Both the position numbers and the translations under genes were made by a program. Source: Fistulifera solaris (Eukaryota). From it: 64,000 nucleotides of DNA. The notes beneath the pieces were generated by a model. That model saw nothing but the letters and a program-made list of their open reading frames with translations, was not told where the DNA came from and did not search any database. The DNA lies in assembly GCA_030295235.1 (NCBI GenBank), contig AP026141.1, forward strand, positions 434,001-498,000, written 5' to 3'. Positions 13,456 through 26,849 of this stretch are shown here, piece after piece. Positions within the stretch are counted from its first letter, which is position 1. Each line of letters opens with the position of its first letter.

Positions 13456-16400
13456 CTATCGACAACTATTCGCGACAAGATACTTGTTGACAAGCTTTGC
13501 ATGAGGGGTGTTCTTAAAAGCTTGGATCAGAGTAGTGTCTTCAGCTTCTGTATAGACCAAGGGCCAATATCCACCGCAACCTGTCACCACCGAGCGAAAT
13601 GAGATGCTCGTGAACCTCTCCGGCGTACCGACATTTATAAGTTGCGAACATGATAGACGGTTGACAAGTCCAAGCGTTTCTTTCAGATTTGGAGGAGGAA
13701 GATACATCTCATCTCCAGAGGATTTTGCGAGGTGCTCCATTTTCGTTATAATTTCTTCCAAGTCGAATCCTTTGCTCTTGATACCCGTATTTTTTCTTAA
13801 GACAGCTAGGGATATTAGAAGCAGAGCTTCAAATGGTGCGCACTGAACAATGCCTTTGAACTCTGCGGAACTCGTAGTTTTTTGAACGGCGGCTACCACA
13901 TCTTTGACCATGACCACTGGATTACCAGTACTCTTTTCTTCTCGATCCAAAACGATTTCCGCCGCCGTCTGACAAATATGAAATGCTTTTCGGATATCTC
14001 CGGATGCCATCGATGTCTTTTTAGAAGCAAATAAAACCGCATCGTCCTGAAATACTTTGTAAAGGGCGATGCCTGTGAAATTTTGGCCGACAAAATTGCG
14101 ACCGTCTGCGTCACGTCGTAGGATTGAAAGGGCAAATGGTTTTTGCCGATACGAGATTGTATGCGATGGTGGAGCCTGTCTAACAAGTCCAATGTATTGG
14201 AAATGCCAATAACAACAAGATTCAAAGGCGCGCCAACATTTCGTGATGTCGCAGGCCAATTGAAAAAGTCGTATAGAACCTCCTCCCTCGGCGTAACAAG
14301 GTAGTCAATTTCATCTAGAAGAAGGACAATGACACGTGGTTCTTGCGACTCGGGATTTGCCTTTTCAAAATATTCCGCAAGCTGCTTGCGGGCTGATTCG
14401 GCCGTGTGTCTTTTGCCGTCCCTGCATATCTGTTCCAGGAACCTAGTGTACGCTTCATTGGGATTCCGCATCTCCATACCATTCAGCGATACAAATTCGA
14501 ACGACGATATCAGTCCTTCTTTTTGATCTTGTTTCAAATCACCGATAGCTGCCCGAATGCAGGAAGTTTTTCCCACACCAGGAGGACCCGCCACAAAATA
14601 CGAGGCTCTGAAGTTGTCTTGATTTTGACCAATAATAGAGTTTCGTAAAAGGACTTGATAATATTTTGCTCGCTCTGTCTCCCAATTAAGGCCGTGCTGC
14701 GCTCAAAACCTTCTATCGACGCGTCCGTAAGCGAAAGCTTTTTTATGACACTTCGAAACGATTCTTTCCAATCTCCATTTGTATTGGATGGCAACAGCGA
14801 GCTGCTTTGCATCTGATTTTCATTTGATGTAGTGGAAAGAAAATTTAACTCCTTGGAATATTTGGAGTGAATTCTAGCTCTCCCAATCCGACCGCTGAGG
14901 TCACCTATTGGAATTAGACTGCGACGACGAGGGGACCAGAAGCGGCGACAATGGAACTGAATTACTGGCATTCCGAACAGGTACTTGGCCTCTGAAACCT
15001 TCGCTGTACTCACCAGCTCAACAGGAGCTAGTATATTGCAAGGAGAAATCTCATCGTAATGGTCGCTTTCGAGTACTTCTTCTACCGCATTCCACGTCGG
15101 ATCCCTCTCAGTGTCAATTCCCTTTAATTCCGATGCACGGTACAACCACCTTATTTCGAATACGATCTCATATTTCATATTATCTGCCAAAGATCTTCTC
15201 TTGATAATTGCGACAAGCTCAGCGACGGCCCATTTGATTTCGTCCGCGAGCGGAAAGTTCCTTGACGAATTTGGTTGTTCGATGTTGGTTCCAAACGACG
15301 TTCTCCCAGAACCGAAACCGTGTCTAACGATGAAGACATCACCAAGTCGAAGTTTCCAAACGGAATCTTCCGGAACGGAAAAAGCAGGGAGACTAGGACA
15401 GAAGACACCATAGCGAGGTCGTACGCAAGCCTCCTGGTAAAACTCACAGCTCGCCCCGTGGTCAACGTAGAACGCTGGGCCTAAAAGCCGGGCGTTGCTT
15501 TCAACGAAACGCACAGAAGACGATTCTGAAGCAGTTGTTTTCTCGTCGTCATAGGATATACTTCTCAAATGCATCATATGCGGTTGTATTATGCCGTGCA
15601 TTTTTGAGCTGTCATTCACAGCCTTTGTGACTTCGGCAAAGAGCTTTTGAATCGTCGTTTTGTCGTACTGATTGGACGCTTCAAGGCACCGCTTTAAAAG
15701 GGTGCATATTCTTTGGGACGTACTTTGATGCTTCTCGACCCGAGCTTCATAAATTCCCCCATAAACATTAATTGAAACAGGGAGATAGCTTTGCATCTCC
15801 ACATGAGACCATAGCGATTCTCTCTCACGTTGCTGTAACTTTGTGATACCGGTCATGAAAATATTAATTGGACCAATGAGTGCATCACATTTTACAACTT
15901 CCACCTGGCTCTTTTCTCCATCGGCATACTCGTAAACGACGCCTAGTCCACTGCCTTGGGCTGAAAAAGTAATATCTCTTCTCAAAAGCCAGCGGATTTC
16001 CACCATACAATTCTTCTCAAAATCACTCGAACCCCTTTCCAAGCATTGGAAAATAGATACGATTTGCGCCGCCCTCCACGGTACAGAATACGGGAAGTAC
16101 GAACTCGTTGTGATATTACTGCTGTGCACAGCCACAATGTCGCCAACACAGCCGACCCAAACCCGATCTTTTCGATCGGCTTCTGGAAAGAGAACATCAG
16201 AAAGTGCATACCTGTCCCACGACGGAGTAAGAACGCAATTAAAAAAAGAAACGGCGATCTAGATTTGTGGTTTCCTGAGAGCATAAGCGCGTTTCTGTAT
16301 GAACGCCTTCGTTGCCAATTCTCCGTAGTCGCTTAGTGGACGACCGCGGGCAAGCTTCATTATCCAGAAAAGGAGCTTGAAGAGCACACAGCAACTCCTT

Positions 16401-18892
16401 CCGTTCCTTTATGATTGGAGACAGCTTTATAGCTTTTAGCGTCATTGATTGAAACCAACTCTTGGGACTCGCTTCGGCGGTGAAGAGAGGTTGAAATTGA
16501 CTGAAATGGTGTAAAAACAGGTATCTGCAGCGAAATTCTACCGCCAAGGCACTTTCATTGAGTCGACCCGGAACTTTTTGAACGTGATTTGCGATGAATA
16601 GGTCAACTGTGCCTAAAATCCTAGAAGCTTTCACGTCCCTTTCGAAAACGTCAGTTTGAAAAATTTCTGGGACAGACCCTGCTGTCGGCGGCATCCAGCT
16701 GATTGTATTTGATGGCATTTCACACCGCCGGTTGAACATGCATAACTCTACTAACGGTTCATTTGACCCTGGACTCTGTTTTGTAGTTTCCCTATAGATA
16801 CAAGTAACTTGACCAACCCGCCAGGGAGCAACAAACGGGTACCATGGATTCGTCGTCTCGCGAGACCTTGGAGGATTGGCTGTATCCCAAGCAACACAAA
16901 CAAAATCACCTATCTTCACCTTCCATGAATGAGTGTGAAAAGAACCCTTGTTTGCCGTTGTCCGTGATACATTTCGTCGTGGAACGAGAGGAACAAGAAC
17001 AGATGAGAGGTAGTCCACATACTTTCCTTTCGTGGGTATCTCTTTATAGATTGTTCGACAAGTGTCATCAGTAAATGCTTCAACATTCATGAGTTCCAAT
17101 GGCCATCGCGTGGAAACTTCATTTTCGCCTGTCTCGGAATACTTGGTGTTACTGCTAAACAGCCCACTCTCTAGATCGCCGCTTAATCCTAGACGCCGCT
17201 TTATAGCATCCAAATATCGCAATTGCAAACCAGGATCCTTTCCAGGGTGCGCCTTTTCGCATAAAAGTCCACGACTTAGCGGCCCCGCAACTCTTCCTTT
17301 GAAGGAAGTCCAGTCACTAATGTCGTCCAGAGAAGTGGCAATTATTTTACTTTGGTAGAAATGCCGACAAATATGAGGAACTTGGGGACTTTTTGTTTTG
17401 TCAACGAAATCATTCAACCATTTCAATGAGGGTTTGGGATTACTTGTAATTTCGATATTCCCGAGCACTTTTTCGACAGGTATAGAACTCACAAACTCAT
17501 CAACTTCAATAAGCATCTTGGCTGCATGCTTGTTCTCCAGTAGGCCTTTCTTTTCATTGTCTGATAGGTGCAAGTCTTCGAGGAGGTCTATATCCGTAAG
17601 GCGGTACAGGTAGCGAAACTCAACGAAGACCTGACTTGAGGGTGAGTTTTCTTTTCGATAAATAGCAAGAACTTGGGCGGCAGCCCATGACAAAGTAAAG
17701 GGCATCCAAGGATTCTTCACTCGTTTGGGAGGAACTTCAGCAATCGTAGATATTGCTACGACGTCTCCGACATGAAATGTAAGCTTTCCAGATAGTCGAC
17801 CTCGAATGGACGAGTCATAATTCTCCTTACACAAACTCAACTTGACCGATTCGAAAAAGTAAAGTTCAGCCGCACTCGTGCCTTTTTTACCCTTGCGACG
17901 AATAGCATACAACGGTTCTTTTGGGAAGAGCTGTTCCACTTTAGCAAGCATGTCAGGTTCGGCAGTGGAAGCGGATGTCGACGTAGTCCGTGTAGCCTCA
18001 TCGACAGAGATTTCATCGAGTTCAACGCGCGAGTTTTGCTTTTTTGAAGGGCGCCCTGGCTTAGAAACTACAGGCTTGCGCTTGTTACTAGCTTTTGTTG
18101 TGATAGAGGGTTTCGGCTTGAGTGTATTCTCCGATTTAGTCGCCACATCTTTCTCAGGAACTCGTGCGTTACATCGGTGTCGCGAGGGTGACGAATTTTC
18201 CGAAAAGTGCCCCTCTTTTGCAATGGGAAAATGTGCTCTTTGTACAGTCTTTGCAAAGTTAGACTTGATTGTTGCTGGTTGTCGCTGCTCCATGCTCTTA
18301 ATAAGGAAAGAGGCAACTCGCCGTCGTCGCGAACATAATGATCTAGCCCACGACGCTCAAAAGACTTCATCGGATCGAGGAAACCAAGAGGGCAGTAAAA
18401 AATTGTATATGTGCCAGGAACTTGCATTTCTGGCGGAATTTGGTTCCGATCTCTGAAAAAATCGGGCCTTTTGAGTTCCACCACAGCTGGGAGCAAGCGT
18501 TCGATAGGAAAGGTTTCTTCGACTTCCGTCTCGACTATGCTGTGTTTAGGTCTGCATAGTTCATTAATGACGCTCTTTGATTCCTTAGTCGCGTGCTTGT
18601 CACAGTATGCACTTGATACGAAAGGGAAGCATCTGACTGTGACGTCGTAATTTTTGGTCGAGTTTACCTTCGTCATAGTCAATTGAATCACTTGCCCTAT
18701 TGTCCACTTCTCATTCCGAAATGGGGCCAGCCTGAGCTTTCCCTTCTTCTCAGATCTATAAGCATAAAAATCTCCAAGAAAAACGCGTTGACAGAAATCC
18801 CCGTGGTTAATTTCAAGGCCACCGAAAGCAACACATTTGTTCGAGCGGTCTATTTGTTCTGTCAGTGCGATAACCTGAAATTGGGATACCAT
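13456..18892 (-). CDS. ORC1: ORC1/CDC6-family AAA+ ATPase with a long multi-BAH N-terminal region
   Basis: Walker A GPPGVGKT, SLNGM, Walker B LLLDEIDYL, GISNTLDL, RIQSR and SGDIRKAF, preceded by BAH-like repeats. Five consecutive ORFs are joined by single-base shifts near 18217, 16245, 14645 and 14060. Confidence 0.82.
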
Positions 18893-19464
18893 GCTTTGAA
18901 CACAGAACGGCCGAATGGATATTGTTGATTTTGTGTGTAAAGTTAGAACTGTTGTGAATCGTTGAATTCAGTTAAATGCAACGCTACAGGTTTTCTTGCT
19001 TCATTGTCATTCTTTCATGTCATTGTTGCGCTCGCATCTCGCATCGCATTCGAACTTCGAACAGGTTTCCCGCCCAACAGATGGTGCGGCGTCCAGACCA
19101 GACAAGCGCCTGACAGACGACAGGCGCGAGCGGCATCATCGATCATCGCGCCGGCGTTTTGGATTTTGGGTCATTCTAATCCTGCAATGCAATAAGTCAT
19201 TACAGTCACAAGTCGTAGGTCAAAAGTCCGAACTCTCGTAGTATCAGGCTGGTCGGAGTATTTCGCTAGTTACCGGAAAGTGCAAGGCTCAAGCCCATGC
19301 ATTTTGGGCCTGTTGGCACTACTACTTCTGTGAATGGAGACATTGAGACACTGATACGAAATTTGGATTTATGTTCCGAGCTTTCCGCCTTGGCGTTTTC
19401 GCCCGCCAAACACCCGAAGGTCTTCTTTCGTTTCCGGAGCTAAAAATGCACGGAAATCCAACAA

Positions 19465-22400
19465 ATGCCTTGCAACTATTATCAAAATAAATGGATATCA
19501 CAGCTCCTTCCGTCGCAATTGATTCATAGAAAAACTATGAATTCCCTCAACATGAATCGGAGCTTGCAGCAGGACTGTAAAGAGCGAACGTCTATTACAA
19601 CAACCTTCAATAACGATGATCGGATTCCTACCTACACAGGCATAATGTTCGAAATATATCCTAACATGGATCTCGAGTTGTTAACAATGGAGCTTGATGT
19701 TCGAATCGATGGAACAGGTGGACAACCGGACCTCTGGGTTGAAGTTTATACGCTTGTGGGGAGTTACGAGCTTTTCGAAGCCTACACCGCGGACCGATGG
19801 ACTTTGGTGACCGAAACAAACGCTGTTTTGCTACCCGGCGGTCAAGGAGCTATCATACCAACCAGCGATTTCAATAAGGTTGAGATGAAAGCTGGGGAGC
19901 GAAGATCATTCTACGTTACTTTTCGTAAATCGGTAAGCTTTTTAAATCTCAGCAGTGTTTCCGTTTTGCACTGCGTCGTCTCATCGCTGTCTCTCGCCTG
20001 CTAACTTTATTCGCAGTACATTGATTTCGTTGCCGACGCCCTTCAGAAATCAGGAGAGGTACAGATGACAACTCCTGAACTTGATATCTCAGTTGGAGTA
20101 GGCTTCAACGAATACAAATTTCCCGGTGATTTCGACCGAACACTAGATCCGCAATTCGCTGGAGTGCTCCATTTGCGTCGATCCGGAGAATGCAGTCTAT
20201 TTGTGAAAAATACGGAGCTGACTTTCAGCTACCTTGTGGAAGCCGAACCTACACCCGAAATTTCGTCTCAGCTAGTCGAAGCAGTTCAAGAAGCGATTAA
20301 GTCTCTAATGGCAACTGACTCGATTTTGCTCTCGTACCAAAAACAATTTGGTCTGGTTCAATTGATGGAGCCCATAGGGACCATGGATAATAACGGCGGT
20401 AAGTTAACTTGTCGTGCTCAATGTGTGTCAGGAATGAAGTACTAACTTTTGACTAGGAGCTTGTCCTGATCAGTGGACCATTTGTCCAGAGCGATACTAC
20501 AACATCAACGTGTCCTTCGAGCACAACGATAAATTAGATGAAGGAGAACTCAAATATCAATTTTATCACCACTACGGAATAGTAGACGGTGCTGTGAAAG
20601 CGAAGATCACAGGTTACAGTTCTCTTTACGTCGGACTCGCAAGTGTATCAGCTGATATAACTATGTCTTTGAGCGGAACGCCAGAAAACAGTATAATGGA
20701 CGGCGTGCAAGCGGATTATTTCAAAGAGGCTGTGGTTTCATTTCTTCAGGCCCACATCGATCCTAAGGCAAGCATATTTAGTCTCGCTATTGATAGCCAG
20801 TCGAGGTCCAATAAGGTCCGTCATGCACGAGCGTTGCAGGGAAGTGACTTGATGGTAACAGGGAAGCTCTTTGGAGGCCAGGGCCTATATTATTCTGCTG
20901 AGGATTTTCGCTCGGAAGTAGAAGCTACATTTAGGAGTGGACAAGAGATTTTTATAGAAAGCTTAACTACGAATGGTTTACGACCAAGTGATTTCAGCGA
21001 GAACGGCGGGATGGAGATATTTAACGGGGTCACCAGCGTCGGTGGTTATGTCAGGGTGGATGAGACACCGCAACAATCTGCGCCTGGTATACAAGGTCCC
21101 GTGACGCAGTCTGCTAATTTTGGCTTGATAGTTGGTGTAGTCTTGGCTGTCGCTTTCACTTGCCTGGTGGTATGGCTTGTCAGTCATTTCTGGCGTTTAT
21201 ACCAGCGAAGAGAAGACAAAGAGCGCATGAGGGAGTACCGGGAAGAGCGAGAGAGAATCGACAGAATGAATTGGCAGAAGCAAATTGATGACGAATATGA
21301 CGAGGTTTTTGGAGACGGTAATGAGAACAAGGAAGCCGATAATGAAGCGCCACTTGATGCGCGACGGTACTTGGAGTCCATTACAGATACCGATGATGAT
21401 GTAAATTCCCGTGATATAGAGAACGGTGGCACACTGAAACGATCAAGCTCTTTCCACGACCCGCGCATAACGTCACAGAGAGTGCTCCCAGCCCGATCAA
21501 AATCTTGTCAAGGAATTGATGGCGATTCATCTCAATACGAAATGACAAGGACCGGTGGATTATACAAAGGCGTCGTAGAGCCAAAGAAAGGAGAAAAAAC
21601 CACAACTACCGAAAGCGACACTAGATAAGTTCCTGGAAGACGAAGAAGGGACTTTTTTTACGGCGAGGCAATGCGAGAAGTGTTTCTTCTTCAGCACTCA
21701 GTATTGGATCTTATTCTGCGGCCAAACCACCAACACGATCACGTTCTGGGCCGGTCCTTGGGTTTTCTGGCCCTTCATCAAAGCCTACCGCCACACAAAA
21801 TGGACCGGTGCCTTCTCGATTGCCACCTGGTAGATCGGCTTCAGGTCCCAATCTCTTTCAAAATCAACCTCCTCGCACAGGGCCACCGTTACGAGCACCG
21901 CCTGGTCGTGCGAGGTCATATAACTCGCTTCCACCAGGAATCCGCCCTCCTCCTCCTCCACCGCCGCCTCCTCCTGGTATTGATCCTCGGTCCCATGGGG
22001 CACCTTCAAGAATACCTCCTGGTAAATCTCAGTCCCTCAACCAAAGTCGGCCATTTTCCTCTGCTCATCCGCAACCTCAGGTTTTCCAGTCTGGTCCTCC
22101 AATAGGCTTACCCTCAAAAATATCCGGTTCTCAATCGTCACCATGTCTCAGTGATTCGAAACCATTGCGTTTAGGTTTCGAAAACACTGCCGTTGTGTCA
22201 CAGCAAAGATCAGAGAACCCGTCGATAGCATCGCAGCGTCCCCAACACCCGCCCCCAGTCAAGATGCACAAGCCGGTTGCAACAATTACTCCAGTTCAAC
22301 AGATAGACAGCCAGGCAGCAACAATGCTTTTGAGCAGACAGCAAAACACAATTGCAAAAGAAAGCGTCACATTATCGAGAAACGATTCGGCAAAGTCGAG

Positions 22401-22741
22401 CGAAGAAACCCTACAAGCCGCGAGAGACTTGCCTCCCCGAGCCGAGACGCCACCAATTGAGACGTACACGAAACCCGCTAGTTCACCTGTCACCTCAACA
22501 TCATCTATGTCTATAGAAGAGGAAACAGAGCAGAAGAAGGACAAAAAGAAAAAAGGATAAGAAGGAGAAAAAGAGCAAAAAAGAAAAGAAAGAAAAGAAA
22601 GAGAAGAAAGAGAAGAAAGCGAAAAAGGAAAAGAAGAAATCGAAAGAAACCAAATCAATCGACATACAAGGGCAGCAGGAAATGGCTGTTAGAAACAATG
22701 TATAGATTGAAGCAGAAGATACTCTAGATGATAGCTCATAA
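19465..22741 (+). CDS. Single-pass membrane protein with extracellular domains, Pro-rich region and Lys-rich tail
   Basis: Introns 19933-20016 and 20399-20456. TM helix GLIVGVVLAVAFTCLVVWLV, poly-Pro tract and Lys/Glu-rich C-terminus. Several homopolymer frameshifts (~21600-21660, ~22550). Start codon uncertain. Confidence 0.62.
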
Positions 22742-23109
22742 TTATGACAAGACAGCATAGGCGTCATGTCTACGAGAGGCATTACCGGCCGATACTTGTC
22801 TATTTGCGCTTATTGAGTAAGATGCAACTCGATAATGCAAATGTCTATAAAACCGATTTACAATAAGTGTTGCAGTAAGCTGATTTAGGTCGCTTTTGTC
22901 TTTTCGCTTGATGTATACGACGTTGACGTATTGGCTTGTGTGTGTTGTCAATAGTTCATAGTGAACTCGTGACAGGAAACGGTTCTCGATTCTCCAATCA
23001 TGAATCATCATCGAGTAAAATATTTTGACACTTTTGTTGCGGCCGCTTGACGCCTCCTTTTTGTGTCAACAATAAGCCACAGAGCTTCTTGTTATTCATT
23101 ACCTTGACC

Positions 23110-23874
23110 ATGGTTTCTGTCAAAATAGAACAAGCTAGTCCGACTTTACTCCCGACTATTCCGTCGCGATGGAGCATAGGATACATTGTCGCTCATGTTT
23201 TATCAGTTTTGGTCGTCGCAATTGTGGGAATTGCAGCGGCAAGTTTTCAGGACGCGTCTTCTGCCATGGCATTCTATGGAGTGTATCATCGTGAGCCATT
23301 TAATCAATTGATTCATTTCTTTGGTGTGCCCATTATTGTGTGGACTATCTTGATCTTTCAAGCGCATTTGCCTCTCACGACGAGGATGACGTTAAATTTG
23401 CCAAGAGCACCACACCATCCTTCTTGGGCTACCGTCACGACCGTCTTTTATCTTATTTATTATTTTCAAATCGATGCACCGGGAGCTCTCATGTATGCTC
23501 CGTTACTGTGTTTCATGTACTACACTTCTGTGATATGGGCGGCTCAAGACCAGTATCAAACGAAGAAAGCGAAGCAATCGTGGACTGGAACTGGACGCTT
23601 ATTGCGCCTTGCGGGCTTACTTCATGCCATGGCGTGGTACCTTCAGATTCACCCAGGTCATAAAATCATCGAGGGTGCTCAGCCAGCCGTTTTACAAAGT
23701 GTGGGTGGAGCGTTATTTACCGGTCCGCTGTTCGCGTTTTACGAAGGTATTTGGTACGTGGGGCTACGAAAGGACTTTCAACGACGTGTCATCACTTTGG
23801 TAGATGAGTATACAAGAGAGTTATGCGCGAAAGGCGTACCCATGAGAGCATGTGATACTATAAAACTCTATTAA
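23110..23874 (+). CDS. Mpo1-like / DUF962 membrane protein (2-hydroxy fatty acid dioxygenase-like)
   Basis: Motifs FYGVYHREPFNQLIHFFGVP, WYLQIHPGHKIIEGAQPA and GPLFAFYE. Confidence 0.85.
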   Translation: MVSVKIEQASPTLLPTIPSRWSIGYIVAHVLSVLVVAIVGIAAASFQDASSAMAFYGVYHREPFNQLIHFFGVPIIVWTILIFQAHLPLTTRMTLNLPRAPHHPSWATVTTVFYLIYYFQIDAPGALMYAPLLCFMYYTSVIWAAQDQYQTKKAKQSWTGTGRLLRLAGLLHAMAWYLQIHPGHKIIEGAQPAVLQSVGGALFTGPLFAFYEGIWYVGLRKDFQRRVITLVDEYTRELCAKGVPMRACDTIKLY

Positions 23875-23922
23875 GTGTATTAGATATATAATAGGCGGTT
23901 GGAAGTACTTGCTACGCGCTAT

Positions 23923-25332
23923 TCAAACCCCTTCGCCGTCAAAACTGTCACTCGTACACAAGCTCTCTTCGTCCACGCGCGACAGTCGGCCGAGTATGGG
24001 CATTGGTAAATATTCAGGGTCTCGTGCACTAGGTAATAGAGACAAAAACCACGGCCTCTGCTTCCCAAAAACTTGATCCCAGTTAGCATGGAGACTACCT
24101 AAAGAGTACGGATTGCTCCATTTCTTGTTGATAGCTTTTGCTTGTCGCCTATGTGACAGGTTTGCATGAAACTCAATCGTAGTTTGGCCCGTTAATGTTA
24201 GGTACACATGAAATCCACCAAGAAGAAGAACCGCAGCACCAACAGCCGCACAAAGCATGAAGCAAAGTGTCACGAGCATCTTCTCGTCGCGAAATGGGAG
24301 CATAGGAGAAAGTCGCTTGGGTTTCATACCTAAGCGCTTTTCCATTTTATACTGATTTTTGTAATCTTCGGATCCAATCAGAAGAAAGGGCTCCAAGGAG
24401 ATAGATACGCCGTACAGCATGCCGACAAAGACAAAGATAAGGAACGTAACAAAGAAGCGATAATTGAAATATCCAACTAAATATTTGTGAGCGCGGAACA
24501 TACCCACACAGCAACATGAAGCAACTTTGAGCTTGACTTACTTGCATTGAACATCCATGGGCAATAATGATCTAAATTAAGCACCAACTTTCGAGAAACA
24601 TGATCATAATGTGATCGAGGAGGCTTAGGTTGGTTCGTTTCGCGACAGTATCCCCACTCAAACGGACCCATGATCATCCAAGCTCGTATAGATTCCTTCT
24701 TCTGCTGAGTGCTCCCAGATTCGGCTTTGACGCTGCTTGCTGCGGTCGCATGACGCTGCACCACATTACTACTACCACCACCACCACCATCTGTAACTCG
24801 CCCAGCTGTCGCCGAGCGAGCCATCCGTCGTTGCATTCTCAAGTAGATGCGGTCTTCATAATCTTGCCGATATTGCTGCATTTGTGCCGGCGTTTCAGGA
24901 TACAAAAGTCCAGTCCTTTGCGCTAGTACCCGAACAAGTTGATCATACTTCGGACCGGTGTGTTTTGTCACGAGACACCAGTAGTAATTAAAAGAATGTT
25001 TCCGACGACAAAAATGACAAAAGACGTGTGTAACGCCAAGAGCAAATGCTTGAAAGGTGACAGCTCGTACTTTTGTTCCAGCATCGGCAGCAAAATTGTA
25101 AAGTAGGAGAACGTCAAAACTCCTATTATTGCAAGTGCGAGAAGTATCAACAACGGCCCGATTATATACACGAGTGTTTCCAACAACCAACTCAGTCCGT
25201 GAAGCAGGATATCAATCACACGTGTACTCGATAGGCGAAAACGGAAGCCCCCAGTGAAAAGATCCGCTTCCGCCGTCTGGATCGAATTCCGGCATCGTCC
25301 GAAAGAGGCTCTGCTTCTGCGGTTGAAGGCAT
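23923..25332 (-). CDS. DHHC-family protein S-acyltransferase (DHYC variant)
   Basis: KPPRSHY...LNLDHYCPWMFNAIGYFNYRFF, GQTTIE, NPYSLG...NWDQVFG and four TM helices. Intron 24541-24477. Frameshifts near 25250 and 24990. Confidence 0.88.
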
Positions 25333-25418
25333 CCTTTAAGGCTTAAAATGTGTTTGCAATAGAAAACAAAAGTAGCATGATGAGAGCGGCGTATTGAAAA
25401 TACTTAACTGAACAAACA

Positions 25419-25513
25419 CAATCCTAAATATTTATTCCTAATTTTCCTGAAATGCGGATGCTTTTTCGATATTTGACTGAATTTTCCATTGGTTTTTCTC
25501 TTTTGTAACAAAT
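25419..25513. repeat. Degenerate direct repeat, copy A
   Basis: Core tgactgaattttccattggtttttctcttttgtaacaaat matches the copy at 28864-28904 at about 36 of 41 positions, with weaker similarity extending about 55 bp upstream. Confidence 0.75.
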
Positions 25514-26849
25514 ATCGTTTTTTCTTGAAAATGGCATTTTTTGGCAATTAAAATGCGTGACTGGATGTCCACACCCGGATCCAGTCCTTCTGAAACACAA
25601 ATTCCATCCCTAATGAAAAAAGAGTAATGTGGTTTGTCGCTTTACTACTAACTGTGGTACAGTGATTCAGAAATCGGAGTTTCTGAAAGAAAAAAAATGG
25701 CTAGAATTTTACTATGCTTACGTCCTATCCCTACCAAGAGAACCGAATCCCTAATCGAGTTAGAGAAACACAACTAACCCTGTGGACAATGCTAGAAAGG
25801 ACAATGGATGGAATCCACCGAACACCGAACCGTTGCTAGGTCACAATCGGAGCAGAGGGGCTCCTGTCTGATTCAGACACGACCGGGGACCACCGATCGT
25901 CTCAAGACTCTCATCTACGGCGCTGGGCGCCAAGATCGACCAACCACCGTATCGAACCTCGCCCTCCGGTTTCGTCAACCGGAGAGTAACCAACTGTGAG
26001 AAAAAAGATTTGTGATAAAAGCGAACAAAACCAGTGCAAAATGAATTCGAATGTCAAAAGACCATTCGGACTTTAGGAAAATAGGAATAAATATTAGTCA
26101 TTCTGTTTGTTAATTTTGTAAAAACAAGTTGGTGATGATTCAATCAATGTATTCAATCGATTCTAGATCGATGCGTGGAAACTGGAAACCTGGGTAAAAA
26201 ATAATCCTCATCTCAAATAATTATTGACAAGCTATCAATCAAAGAGTGGTTAGATCGATTACAAACACTCGATGTCTTAGAGTGGTAGCAGAAGATGGTT
26301 CAGTTTCTTGGCAATATCTTTCGATAGCAGATGCACTTTCGGTCTGTGAGCATACCCAAGACCGACTCTTAAATCGAGTTACGGGCCTCGCATTATCTCA
26401 CAAAAATCAAACGTTAGCCTATTGTGCGATCGTGTAGGACACCTAGGCAAAGTACCGCAGGAAACTTCGGTGGAAACAGAAGAAGGTGGAAAGTGTTTAG
26501 GCGTCTGGATGGCGACGAAGATGTTAATGGGAGTGAACTAAGGATGGGTCTGACAGTGAATGTTTCAAGATCACCAACCTCAAGTAGAAGAAGCAACGGA
26601 GAGATATCGAGGAAGTGGACGGCGGTGATTTTTATTATTAGAGAAGTGGCTAGACTAGTCTATGGTGTGGGGTTCTATTCGGTGGGTCTGGCATCACGCC
26701 GCGTTAAGGCCAAGTTGACACAGTTGACACAAACTTCAGACTCCAACCGAACAAAGATCTTCTTTATTACCCAGCCACCGAGAAATCGAATAACAACACC
26801 ATCCGAAGCAAGCTACCCTATATCTACTCACGGTACCTGATCCGTTCTA

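Noticed and set aside
22530..22650. Long purine-rich (A/G) tract
   Set aside because: It encodes a Lys/Glu-rich protein tail.
25919..25935. Minus-strand TGGCGCCCA resembling a tRNA-Lys primer-binding site
   Set aside because: The match is only 9 nt, it is not preceded by an LTR-ending CA, and no gag/pol follows.
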